A stretch of DNA of 45,130 bases from sequence record SRR2962707_5026. One strand, 5' to 3'. The position numbers were made by a program, and so were the translations under genes. Under the pieces are notes generated by a model. That model searched no databases. It had not been told where the DNA came from and was given only the letters and a program-made list of their open reading frames with translations. Shown here one piece after another: positions 27,890 through 36,702 of this stretch (position 1 is the stretch's first letter; the number at the start of each line of letters is the position of its first letter).

Positions 27890-28717
27890 TTATTCTGATT
27901 TTCTTAAATACACATTTCCGTTGATGCTTCTGAAATTCAATTCAGGGCCTCCTGAACCGATTTCCACACCGGTTTTTGTTCCAATTTTGAATCTTCCATG
28001 CTCATCGCTCTTCTCCACCTTGGGGCTCATGCGTTTGTAATCAAAAGATGAATACATGTCGCCATTCATCGAATCGAAAAACACCTGTGCACTGAAGTTT
28101 TTGGGCAGCTCGAAGTTGAAGTCCCCATTGACCGTGTTGAAATCGATGGATTCAGTGGGGGTTTCCAGAAAGTTGATGGTCACATCCCCATTCACTGTTG
28201 AGGCCTGCAGGACTTTTCTAGCATTTTTGATCTCTACCGAGCCGTTTACGTTGCAGGCTTTCACCGACCCGTCAATGTTTTTTACAAAGACATCTCCTTT
28301 GTTGACGGTCTTGGCTTCCAGGGTAACATTCTTGGGAACCTTCACTTTGTATTGGAATTTGAAATCGTATTTAGGGCCATTTTTGATGTTGTATCCCCAC
28401 CCGTTATTCCAATTGCATCGCTTGATGAAAGGAGCTTTGGTATAAAATATCAACGAGTCGTTGGAAGACTTTTCGCCCAGCTCCAGTTCTTTCTTGGCTT
28501 TTGCCATCTGCTCGTCTGATTTGGCATTAATTACGATCTCCACAGAAAGGTAGACTTTGTTGTCGCTGGATGGCTCCACGATCACATCTCCGTGAAGATT
28601 ATCTATCACCACAACAGTCTCTCCCGGGTTGGCCAGATCGTACGTTTTATTGATCACCACCTTGTCCTCCTGGAGGCTGGGGTTGATCATGGTTATTAAT
28701 ATGATTAATAAATTCAT
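27890..28717 (-). CDS. DUF4097 (beta-solenoid) protein
   Basis: Repeats CNVNGSV, STVNGDV, NTVNGDF, DSMNGDM, RSINGNV. Confidence 0.88.
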   Translation of the reverse strand: MNLLIILITMINPSLQEDKVVINKTYDLANPGETVVVIDNLHGDVIVEPSSDNKVYLSVEIVINAKSDEQMAKAKKELELGEKSSNDSLIFYTKAPFIKRCNWNNGWGYNIKNGPKYDFKFQYKVKVPKNVTLEAKTVNKGDVFVKNIDGSVKACNVNGSVEIKNARKVLQASTVNGDVTINFLETPTESIDFNTVNGDFNFELPKNFSAQVFFDSMNGDMYSSFDYKRMSPKVEKSDEHGRFKIGTKTGVEIGSGGPELNFRSINGNVYLRKSE

Positions 28718-28736
28718 TGTCCTTTGGTTTTGAGTT

Positions 28737-29525
28737 TTATGACTGTCGCAAGCTTTTGATGCTTTGCTCCAGTTTGTCTTTGACTAATTCATCGTTTGTA
28801 TTTTCCTTCAGCTTTTCCATGGTTTCAACTGAAGATTTTTCCTGAATCTGCACAAGTACATCGGCTATTGCCACGAGCATAAGTGGGGAGTCCTGCATTT
28901 GCAAGGCATCCACTAGCGATTGTCGCACCTCCGGCTGATCCACATACCGCACCAATGATTCCAGTGATGCCAGACGCACATTCACATTTTCATCGTTGTT
29001 GAGCGTGGTGACCAGCGCATTGATGACACGTTGATCTGCCCTGGGCAATTCGGCAGCCAGGTTCACCGCACGGATCCGTTCTTGCGCTTTGGGCTGTTCA
29101 ATGAGCGTGAGCATCATCATCTCTTTCATGCTCTGTATTTCATTGCTCAGCTGACGAATATCCTCTTGCTGATTTTGTGATGGAAGCATCCACCAGCCAA
29201 CGAACAAGCCCATGGCCAGTGATGCAAGTCCCACCTGCCAGCTGCGTGTCATGCGCTCCACGATCCAGTCCAATACATTCGGCACAGGTGTTTTCTGCTT
29301 CTCCATGTATGCTGCCATCATGCCTTCAAAGCGTGCATCCATTTGCACGGATGGTTCCGGTCGCTCTATCTCATCGAAGAGCTCCCAGGTTTGCTCCATC
29401 TCCTTGAGCTCAGAAGCCACATCCGGATTCGCCTGAAGAAATTCATTGAGGACTTTTTCATTTTCCTCTGAGATTTCCCCGGCTATCTTTTCCTGCCATA
29501 ATTCTATGATTCTATCTTTTTGCAT
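28737..29525 (-). CDS. Transmembrane anti-sigma factor with C-terminal HEAT repeats
   Basis: N-terminal ASD-like helices, TM (VGLASLAMGLFVGWW), ERIRAV, DENVNVRLASLESL; directly after the ECF gene. Confidence 0.82.
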   Translation of the reverse strand: MQKDRIIELWQEKIAGEISEENEKVLNEFLQANPDVASELKEMEQTWELFDEIERPEPSVQMDARFEGMMAAYMEKQKTPVPNVLDWIVERMTRSWQVGLASLAMGLFVGWWMLPSQNQQEDIRQLSNEIQSMKEMMMLTLIEQPKAQERIRAVNLAAELPRADQRVINALVTTLNNDENVNVRLASLESLVRYVDQPEVRQSLVDALQMQDSPLMLVAIADVLVQIQEKSSVETMEKLKENTNDELVKDKLEQSIKSLRQS

Positions 29526-29561
29526 GGCTTTATCTTTTCTTATTTATTCCGGCAATGCCGG

Positions 29562-30113
29562 TCATACATCCAGTTTTAAATAGGATTCCCGTAATTCTTT
29601 TAATATCCGGTGCACCCGCACTTTGATAGCACTCTCCGTGACACCCATCATCTCGGCTACCTTAGCGTACTTCACTTTTTGAAACCTCACCAGCTCGATC
29701 AATTCACGCTTCTCATCTGTCAGACTCTCGAGTGCCCGTTTCAAATAATTGAGTTCGTCGGATCGTTCCATATCGGCTTCCCGGTTTTCAGTTTCACTAA
29801 GTGTCTGTTCGTAGGGATCCATTGTCTCCTGAAAAGCGTATCGCTTGTTCTTTCGGTAATGATCTTTATGAACATTTCTCGCCATTTGAAAAGCCCACAC
29901 TTCGAAATCTCCTGTTTCCTTGTAGGTATGCTTGTATTTGAGGATGCGGACGAAGACATTCTGTACCAGGTCTTCACTGGTTGCTCCGTCTTTGGTCATT
30001 CCATAGAAGAATCCAAAGAAGCGACGGCTGTATCGCTTGTAGAGCAAGTTGAGTTTCTCAACGTCCCCATCTTTCACTTTTAGCATCAGGTTGTGATCTT
30101 CGAGTTGGTTCAT
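29562..30113 (-). CDS. ECF RNA polymerase sigma factor
   Basis: Region 2 (LYKRY, EDLVQNVF, WAFQMARN) and region 4 (YAKVAEMMGVTESAIKVRVHR). Confidence 0.96.
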   Translation of the reverse strand: MNQLEDHNLMLKVKDGDVEKLNLLYKRYSRRFFGFFYGMTKDGATSEDLVQNVFVRILKYKHTYKETGDFEVWAFQMARNVHKDHYRKNKRYAFQETMDPYEQTLSETENREADMERSDELNYLKRALESLTDEKRELIELVRFQKVKYAKVAEMMGVTESAIKVRVHRILKELRESYLKLDV

Positions 30114-30131
30114 TTGGCGAATTCTGTCGGG

Positions 30132-30159
30132 GAAACTCAGGTAAGTTCGGAAGGTTACA
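30132..30159 (-). promoter_or_regulatory. Putative autoregulatory ECF promoter
   Basis: Minus strand TGTAAC-N16-AGTTTC, about 20 bp upstream of the sigma ATG. Confidence 0.45.
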
Positions 30160-30196
30160 TCGGGATTTAAAATTTCTTTACTAACAGAGTATGGGG

Positions 30197-30220
30197 TATT
30201 TTCGTATTACATTGTAATAC
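30197..30220 (+). promoter_or_regulatory. TA promoter and palindromic operator
   Basis: -7-like TATTTTCG (30197-30204) followed by the perfect palindrome GTATTACA-T-TGTAATAC (30204-30220). Confidence 0.8.
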
Positions 30221-30227
30221 AAATAAT

Positions 30228-30449
30228 ATGAAAACAATTACAATACGGTTGAATGATGAGCTTGACTCAGAACTAAATGACATTGCAAATTCTTCAGGAA
30301 CTACAAAAAGTGAGGTAGTTAGAAAGGCACTAGAAAAACATCTTTTGATCAAAAAAATTGATGAAGCAAGGGAGATACTCAAACCTTACGCAGAGAAGGC
30401 AGGATATTTAACTGATGAGGATATTTTTAATGATCCTGATTTCTCGTGA
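30228..30449 (+). CDS. Ribbon-helix-helix (CopG-like) antitoxin
   Basis: MKTITIRL strand, TKSEVVRKALEK helix, AEKAGYLTDEDIF tail; GTGA overlap with the PIN gene. Confidence 0.88.
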   Translation: MKTITIRLNDELDSELNDIANSSGTTKSEVVRKALEKHLLIKKIDEAREILKPYAEKAGYLTDEDIFNDPDFS

Positions 30450-30841
30450 AGATTTTTACTGATACTAATTTTTTAATTAGTGCTCTTGTCGCTAGAGGGT
30501 TAAGTACAGATTTACTTAAGAAAATTGTCAATAAACATCAGATTATCTATTCTGAAAAAGTACGCACTGAATTTGTCAATAAACTCAAATCAAAATTTGG
30601 TGTCACCAACGATGCATTAGCCGCCCCTCTTTTTATTTTAAGCAAATTCACTCTCGTTCGGGATTCAGATAAAAGTATTTATAGTCTCCGTGATCCTGAT
30701 GATGAGATAATTCTTGCAACAGCAATAAAGGAGGGAGCAGATATCTTAATTACGGGAGACAAGGATTTGCTAACGATGAATAATAAAATCAAAGAGTTGG
30801 AGATATTTACTCCAAGACAATTCTGGGATAAATACTTATGA
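30446..30841 (+). CDS. PIN-domain toxin (VapC-like, PIN_3 type)
   Basis: DTNFLISAL, RTEF, RDPDDEIILATA, ITGDKDLL acidic residues. Confidence 0.92.
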   Translation: MKIFTDTNFLISALVARGLSTDLLKKIVNKHQIIYSEKVRTEFVNKLKSKFGVTNDALAAPLFILSKFTLVRDSDKSIYSLRDPDDEIILATAIKEGADILITGDKDLLTMNNKIKELEIFTPRQFWDKYL

Positions 30842-33699
30842 ATTTCGAGCTGCTTAAAACTTCTTTATCTGGTGAACTTCATACCAATGAAGCCATCAAA
30901 CGCATCTATGCGACGGATGCCTCCGCTTATCGCGAGATGCCGCTTGCTGTAGCCATTCCAAAAACGGAAGAAGACCTAAAAAAGCTGATCCAATTTGCCC
31001 GGGGAAACAAGGCCTCTTTGATCCCCCGAACGGCGGGTACCTCTCTTGCCGGGCAGGTGGTAGGGAATGGAATTGTGGTGGACGTTTCCAAGCATTTTAC
31101 CCAAATCCTGGAAGTAAATCTCGAAGAGGGGTATGCCTGGGTACAGCCTGGTATCGTAAGGGATGAATTGAATCGTGAGTTGGCAGAACATGGTGTCTTT
31201 TTTGCCCCGGAAACCTCTACAGCCAATCGCGCAATGATCGGAGGAATGATTGGCAACAACTCCTGTGGTGCCAATTCGGTGGTATATGGAAGTACAAGAG
31301 AACATCTATTGGAAGTAAAGGCACTTCTTTCCGATGGCTCGGCAGTACATTTCAAGGAGGAGCAATCCCTACGCGGTACCGGCGAGCTTGAAAAAAAGCT
31401 TTATGAAAATATTTCGGAAATCCTGCTAGAAGATGCCAACCTTGAAAGGATCAAAAAGGAATTTCCCAAGCCTAACATTCCCAGACGAAATACAGGATAT
31501 GCCCTCGATCTTCTAGCAGAAATGCAGCCATTCAATCCGGAAGGTAAACCTTTCAACTTTTGCTCCCTGATCGCGGGATCGGAAGGAACACTGGCCTTCG
31601 TCACTGCTGCTAAGATCAAATTGACAAAACTTCCAGACGAGCATAAACGCCTGGTATGCATCCATTGCGACAGCATCGATCAGGCTTTGCGAGCGAACCT
31701 TGTTGCTTTGCAATATAGCCCCTATGCATGTGAGCTGATGGACCACTACATCCTTGAAGCGACCAAACGAAATCGTGAGCAGTCTGAAAATCGCTTCTTT
31801 GTTGAAGGTGACCCCAAAGCTATTCTTGTTGTGGAGATCATCCGTGATACGGAAAATTCGGCTGATCTGGTGGTGCTGAATATGCTGGCAGAACTTGGGC
31901 AGAAACAGTTGGGCTATGCTTTTCCTGTGGTACAAGGACCGGATACTGCCAAGGTCTGGTCGCTGCGAAAAGCTGGGTTGGGCCTACTTTCCAATGTGCC
32001 CGGTGATGAAAAGGCAGTTCCAGTGATTGAAGATACGGCGGTAGATGTGCAGCAATTGCCGGACTATATCGCTGAATTCAACAAGATTTTAAAGAAGCAT
32101 GATCTGTACAGTGTGCATTATGCGCATGCCGGGTCAGGAGAGTTACACCTTCGCCCGATTATCAATCTGAAAACGGCACAGGGCATCAGGCTCTTTCGAA
32201 CCATTGCCGAAGAGATCGCCAATCTCGTCAAGAAATATGATGGCTCCCTTTCCGGTGAGCACGGAGATGGCCGTTTGAGGGGAGAATTCATTCCTCAAAT
32301 GATTGGGAAGGAAAACTATGAGCTGTTGAGATCGATCAAGAAAACCTGGGATCCGGACAACATTTTCAATCCTGGTAAGATCGTGGACACTGCGCCAATG
32401 GACACCTTCCTGAGGTATGAAAAAGACCAGGAAACCCGGGAGTTCGATACGATGCTGGACTTCTCGAGGGATCAGGGTATATTGAGGTCTGCTGAACTCT
32501 GCAACGGATCCGGCGATTGCCGCAAGTCCGCGCTGACGGGAGGTACCATGTGCCCCAGTTACCAAGCCACGAGAGACGAAAAGGACACGACCAGGGCACG
32601 AGCGAACATCCTCCGCGAGATGCTCACACGCTCTGACAAGGAGAATCCCTTCGCCCACCCGGAGATCAAAGAGGTGATGGATTTGTGCCTGTCTTGCAAG
32701 GGCTGCAAAAGTGAATGCCCCTCCAATGTGGATATGGGCAAGCTAAAAGCTGAATGGCAATACCAGTCTTACAAGGAAAATAGTCCATCACTTAGAACAA
32801 AAATGATTGCCAGCTACGCCGACAGCATCCGAAAGTTTGAAGCAATTCCATGGGCATACAACCTAACACGAAACCTCTCCAAACCAGTGTTGGGATTTGC
32901 TACCGAGCGATCCATTCCAAAGATGGCATCCAGGACATTGCGCGCCTGGTTTGACAAGAAATTCCATTCACTTCATAGAGAACCTAAAAAGACAGTCTAT
33001 TTCTTCTTCGATGAGTTTACAAACTACCTGGATGTAGAAATTGGGAAGAAAGCCATTATGCTACTGGATCGCATGGGTTATGAAGTGGTCGCAGCTGATC
33101 ATGGCCCAAGTGGTCGGGCCTATCTGTCGAAAGGGTTTCTGCAAGAAGCCAAAGAACTGGCTGAGCAAAACGTATCACTCTTCAGTGAATTGTTGGATGA
33201 TAAAAGCAGCCTTGTGGGCATTGAGCCCTCCGCTATTCTGACCTTCAGGGATGAATACCCTGATTTGCTGCGTGGTGAGCTCCAGGAAAAAGCCCGCAGT
33301 GTTGCAGACAGGACTTTTACGATTGAAGAATTTTTATCCAAGGAGCTGGATGCCGGGAACCTTCATCCTGAAGACTTTTCCAATAAGAAGAAAAAAATCC
33401 TTGTGCACGGACACTGTCATCAAAAGGCGCTCTCATCGATGGTACCTACCAAGAAAATCCTGAAAGCTGCCGGGCATGATGTCCAGTTGATTCCAAGTGG
33501 ATGTTGTGGAATGGCGGGATCATTCGGGTATGAAAAAGATCACTACGAGGTGTCGATGAAAGTAGGCGAATTGGTGCTTTTTCCTAAAGTAAGGGAGGCA
33601 GAGCTTGACACCATTATCCTTGCCTCAGGGACTTCTTGCCGCCATCAGATTTTGGACGGAACCGGGAAAGTTGCGAGGCATATTGTAGAGATTCTTTAG
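30838..33699 (+). CDS. FAD-linked Fe-S oxidoreductase (YdiJ/GlcD-GlcF fusion; 2-hydroxyacid dehydrogenase family)
   Basis: AGTSLAGQ, GGMIGNNSCG, GSEGTL, SGEHGDG, CLSCKGCKSECP, CCG domains (HGHCHQK, CCGMAGSFG). Confidence 0.93.
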   Translation: MNFELLKTSLSGELHTNEAIKRIYATDASAYREMPLAVAIPKTEEDLKKLIQFARGNKASLIPRTAGTSLAGQVVGNGIVVDVSKHFTQILEVNLEEGYAWVQPGIVRDELNRELAEHGVFFAPETSTANRAMIGGMIGNNSCGANSVVYGSTREHLLEVKALLSDGSAVHFKEEQSLRGTGELEKKLYENISEILLEDANLERIKKEFPKPNIPRRNTGYALDLLAEMQPFNPEGKPFNFCSLIAGSEGTLAFVTAAKIKLTKLPDEHKRLVCIHCDSIDQALRANLVALQYSPYACELMDHYILEATKRNREQSENRFFVEGDPKAILVVEIIRDTENSADLVVLNMLAELGQKQLGYAFPVVQGPDTAKVWSLRKAGLGLLSNVPGDEKAVPVIEDTAVDVQQLPDYIAEFNKILKKHDLYSVHYAHAGSGELHLRPIINLKTAQGIRLFRTIAEEIANLVKKYDGSLSGEHGDGRLRGEFIPQMIGKENYELLRSIKKTWDPDNIFNPGKIVDTAPMDTFLRYEKDQETREFDTMLDFSRDQGILRSAELCNGSGDCRKSALTGGTMCPSYQATRDEKDTTRARANILREMLTRSDKENPFAHPEIKEVMDLCLSCKGCKSECPSNVDMGKLKAEWQYQSYKENSPSLRTKMIASYADSIRKFEAIPWAYNLTRNLSKPVLGFATERSIPKMASRTLRAWFDKKFHSLHREPKKTVYFFFDEFTNYLDVEIGKKAIMLLDRMGYEVVAADHGPSGRAYLSKGFLQEAKELAEQNVSLFSELLDDKSSLVGIEPSAILTFRDEYPDLLRGELQEKARSVADRTFTIEEFLSKELDAGNLHPEDFSNKKKKILVHGHCHQKALSSMVPTKKILKAAGHDVQLIPSGCCGMAGSFGYEKDHYEVSMKVGELVLFPKVREAELDTIILASGTSCRHQILDGTGKVARHIVEIL

Positions 33700-36300
33700 T
33701 TATTCCACCCTGGTTATTTCTATTGGATTAAGATTTGTCACTTTCAAGGACTGAATACCGATCAAGATAAGAATGATCAAAAGTGTTACGCCAAGGTTGA
33801 TAGGCAGAAGCATATACGGTGTGCCAATTCGATAAGCAAAACCGGAAAGCCATTCATCCATCATCCAAACACTTACCCCGCCGGCAATCAGGTTGGCAAT
33901 AAGCACGATGAAAATAAACTCTGTCGAAAGGATTTGGATGATCTGCATTCGGGTAGCACCAAAAATCTTTCTGAGTCCGATCTCACGATAACGTCTCAAA
34001 ATATTGAAAGTGGAAAGACCCAAAATCCCAATGACGGCAATGACCATCGCGATGATCATAGCAAAAGACGAGAGACGACTGACCACACGTTCTTCATTGT
34101 ATGCCTTTTGATACTCATCATCCAGTATTTGATACTTCATATCAAAGAATGGTTCCAATGCAGCATATTCTTTCTCAATCAATTCTATGGACTCAATCGG
34201 GTTGTTTTGATCGTACCGAATGTAAAACGTGCCAGAGTTTTGCGGTTTTACTTCATACAATATGATGGGCATAGGATCATTGTGCAATGATTCCGTGTTG
34301 AAATCCGGAACCACTCCGGCGATTTTGCATGGATTATCCCAAACAGTAATTGTTGTACCTACAGGATTTTCAAGGTTCATTCGTTTGACCGCCGACTCTG
34401 TCAAAATCACCTGATCAGTTGTGTCCACCGGATTGAATCCCCCTCCTTGTAAGAAGTCCATCTCAAAGACTTCCATCAGGCCATTGTCCCCACCAATCAT
34501 CCGGAAGAAGATCTGATCTTCAGTATTTTTCCCACTCCAGGACACCCCATCTGTTGAATAAGTCGCATTGATCATGTTGGCATTGCTGATGCCAATGGCT
34601 TTGATTTGATGATACTGGGTGAGGTTTGTTTTGAAATTATCAAATCCTTTGATGTGTCGATAGGTGGGCTCCAGCATCATTATGCCCTTTCGGTCATAGC
34701 CCAGGCTTTCCTCCTGCAAATACGAAAGCTGTAGGTAGAATACACTCGTCAGAATGACAATGATCCCTGAAATACTGACTTGCGCAATGGTCAGCCATTT
34801 CCTTGCTGATCCTTTACCAGATCCTTTGAAGGGCAGGTTTTTCAGTATCTGCACCGGATTGAACCTGCTCATAAGCAGTGCAGGATAGAATCCAGATAAA
34901 AGAGTTGTCAACATGATGACCAAGGCTATTTGCATGATCATTGTGGCTGAAATAGTAAATGTGATCTCCTCGCTGATGACATCATTTAGCATTGGAAGAA
35001 TTAAGTACGCCAGAAGAAGTGCCAAGCCTGCTGAAAACAGCACTTTCAGCAATGTTTCGAAGAGAAATTGAAGCTGGAGGGTGAATTGACTTGCCCCATT
35101 GACTTTTCTTACGCCTATTTCTTTGCCCCGAATAGATGCCTGTGCCGTAGTTAGATTGATGAAATTGACAATGGACATCACCAAAATGAACAGTGCAAAA
35201 AGCGCAATGATGCGTAAATAGTCTGCCAGGCCGCCGGCTACTTTTCCATTTTCAAATTGCGTGTATAAATGCTCGTCACTCATTGGATGAAGCAAGTGGG
35301 AGAGGTTTTCACGCTTCTCCATGATGTCCAGCTCATTGATCTTTTGCTGAACAATGGATGGATCATCATCTAGTTGGACATACGTGATGAACGAATATTC
35401 CTTAATGTTTTCCGTCTTCACCCCCCAGAGGGTGTAGACCAACTCAAGTGGTGCTATGAACTCGAATTGCAGGGAGGAAGTTGTGGGAACATCTTTGTAC
35501 ACTGCTGAGATTGTCACTTCGAAATAGTTGTCTACCAGGTAGGTTTTGCCCACAGGATTCTCATCTCCATATAGCTTTTTTGCTATCGATTCAGATAGTG
35601 CAATGCTGTTGGGATCTTTCAAAGGATTGGAAGAACCCGCAATGATCTCAAAGTCAAACACCTTAAAAAAGCTGGTACCTGAATAAATCCCCCTGCTGTA
35701 AATACACTCCTTGTTCTTGTCGATCTTGAAGCATTGCTCGGATGGCCACCGCCAATTGGAAATGATTCTGGTCACTGTGCCAATCTCTGGAATTTGATCC
35801 ATGGCTTCCTCCATCACCTCATATACAATGCCATCCTGTGTCTGGATTACCCCATCACTACCGGCACTGTTGGTCATCACCTTGTAGATGGTACCAATGT
35901 TGGTGTGGAAGCGGTCGAAACTTGAGTGATGATTGACCCAAAGCATGGTGAGAAAAACAACACAAAATCCGATGCATAGGCCAACGATGTTGGTGAGGTT
36001 TTGAGATGGGTGACGTCTGAATTGTCTGAAAAAGGTTTTTAAAACGTTCTTGAACATGGCTGCATGGTTTGAAGTGTATCTGTTTTTTTTGATGGCGAAG
36101 GGCCGTAAGAAGTTGAAGACATTTAGCCAGTAGTTAAGCTTCGCGATAATTGGCTTTTTGTTGGCACTGTCTATGAGAAATTGCTCATAGAGATCCCCTC
36201 TGATTGGTTCTACCCACTCATCTCGGCAAAACCAATCCAGAAATCGGTCGGCTAGTTTTGGTGGACTAATCCTTGATTCGGATTTATTCTCCCTGGCCAT
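33700..36300 (-). CDS. MacB/FtsX-type duplicated ABC permease with prefix domain (copy 3)
   Basis: Prefix PPKLADRFLDWFC...GDLYEQF; MFKNV at aa 82; RGKEIGVRK, RYREIGLRKIFGA. Confidence 0.92.
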   Translation of the reverse strand: MARENKSESRISPPKLADRFLDWFCRDEWVEPIRGDLYEQFLIDSANKKPIIAKLNYWLNVFNFLRPFAIKKNRYTSNHAAMFKNVLKTFFRQFRRHPSQNLTNIVGLCIGFCVVFLTMLWVNHHSSFDRFHTNIGTIYKVMTNSAGSDGVIQTQDGIVYEVMEEAMDQIPEIGTVTRIISNWRWPSEQCFKIDKNKECIYSRGIYSGTSFFKVFDFEIIAGSSNPLKDPNSIALSESIAKKLYGDENPVGKTYLVDNYFEVTISAVYKDVPTTSSLQFEFIAPLELVYTLWGVKTENIKEYSFITYVQLDDDPSIVQQKINELDIMEKRENLSHLLHPMSDEHLYTQFENGKVAGGLADYLRIIALFALFILVMSIVNFINLTTAQASIRGKEIGVRKVNGASQFTLQLQFLFETLLKVLFSAGLALLLAYLILPMLNDVISEEITFTISATMIMQIALVIMLTTLLSGFYPALLMSRFNPVQILKNLPFKGSGKGSARKWLTIAQVSISGIIVILTSVFYLQLSYLQEESLGYDRKGIMMLEPTYRHIKGFDNFKTNLTQYHQIKAIGISNANMINATYSTDGVSWSGKNTEDQIFFRMIGGDNGLMEVFEMDFLQGGGFNPVDTTDQVILTESAVKRMNLENPVGTTITVWDNPCKIAGVVPDFNTESLHNDPMPIILYEVKPQNSGTFYIRYDQNNPIESIELIEKEYAALEPFFDMKYQILDDEYQKAYNEERVVSRLSSFAMIIAMVIAVIGILGLSTFNILRRYREIGLRKIFGATRMQIIQILSTEFIFIVLIANLIAGGVSVWMMDEWLSGFAYRIGTPYMLLPINLGVTLLIILILIGIQSLKVTNLNPIEITRVE

Positions 36301-36634
36301 AGGAAAGATTTTTTAGTGCCAATTCGGGAATCTGATCCCACAGGCTATTACGCAATGATCGATTGAGCTCCATGGCACGCTTACCTTCTGCCGTAATCTC
36401 ATAAAGTTTCTTGCGCCTTCCACCACGCTCGTTGGTAGCGTCATCCAATTTGGATTGAAGGAACCCCTTTTCTTCCAGACGGCTCAAGGCAGAATGCACT
36501 GCTCCGATGGCCGCAGATCGTTTGGTTTGCTCTTTGATGGCATGCTTAACCGCCAGACCGTAGGCATCCGGATAAAGTACCCCTACCACCAGTAAAATGA
36601 GTTCTTCAAATTCGCCAAGATGTGTCCCTTTCAT
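36284..36634 (-). CDS. PadR-family transcriptional regulator (copy 3)
   Basis: LGEFEELILL, AYGLAVK, RGGRRKKLY; 17-bp overlap with the permease. Confidence 0.92.
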   Translation of the reverse strand: MKGTHLGEFEELILLVVGVLYPDAYGLAVKHAIKEQTKRSAAIGAVHSALSRLEEKGFLQSKLDDATNERGGRRKKLYEITAEGKRAMELNRSLRNSLWDQIPELALKNLSYGQGE

Positions 36635-36644
36635 GCTATCATTT

Positions 36645-36680
36645 TTCGTAAATGTAGAATAAGTACTCTACAAATACGAA
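36645..36680. promoter_or_regulatory. Inverted repeat, putative PadR3 operators
   Basis: TTCGTAAATGTAGA (36645-36658) and TCTACAAATACGAA (36667-36680), 12/14 complementary. Confidence 0.7.
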
Positions 36681-36702
36681 TTTTGATTGTTGGGGTTACT
36701 GA

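Noticed and set aside
30167-30841. TA pair as part of an IS, prophage or defence island
   Set aside because: No transposase, integrase, terminal repeats, target duplication or other defence genes seen
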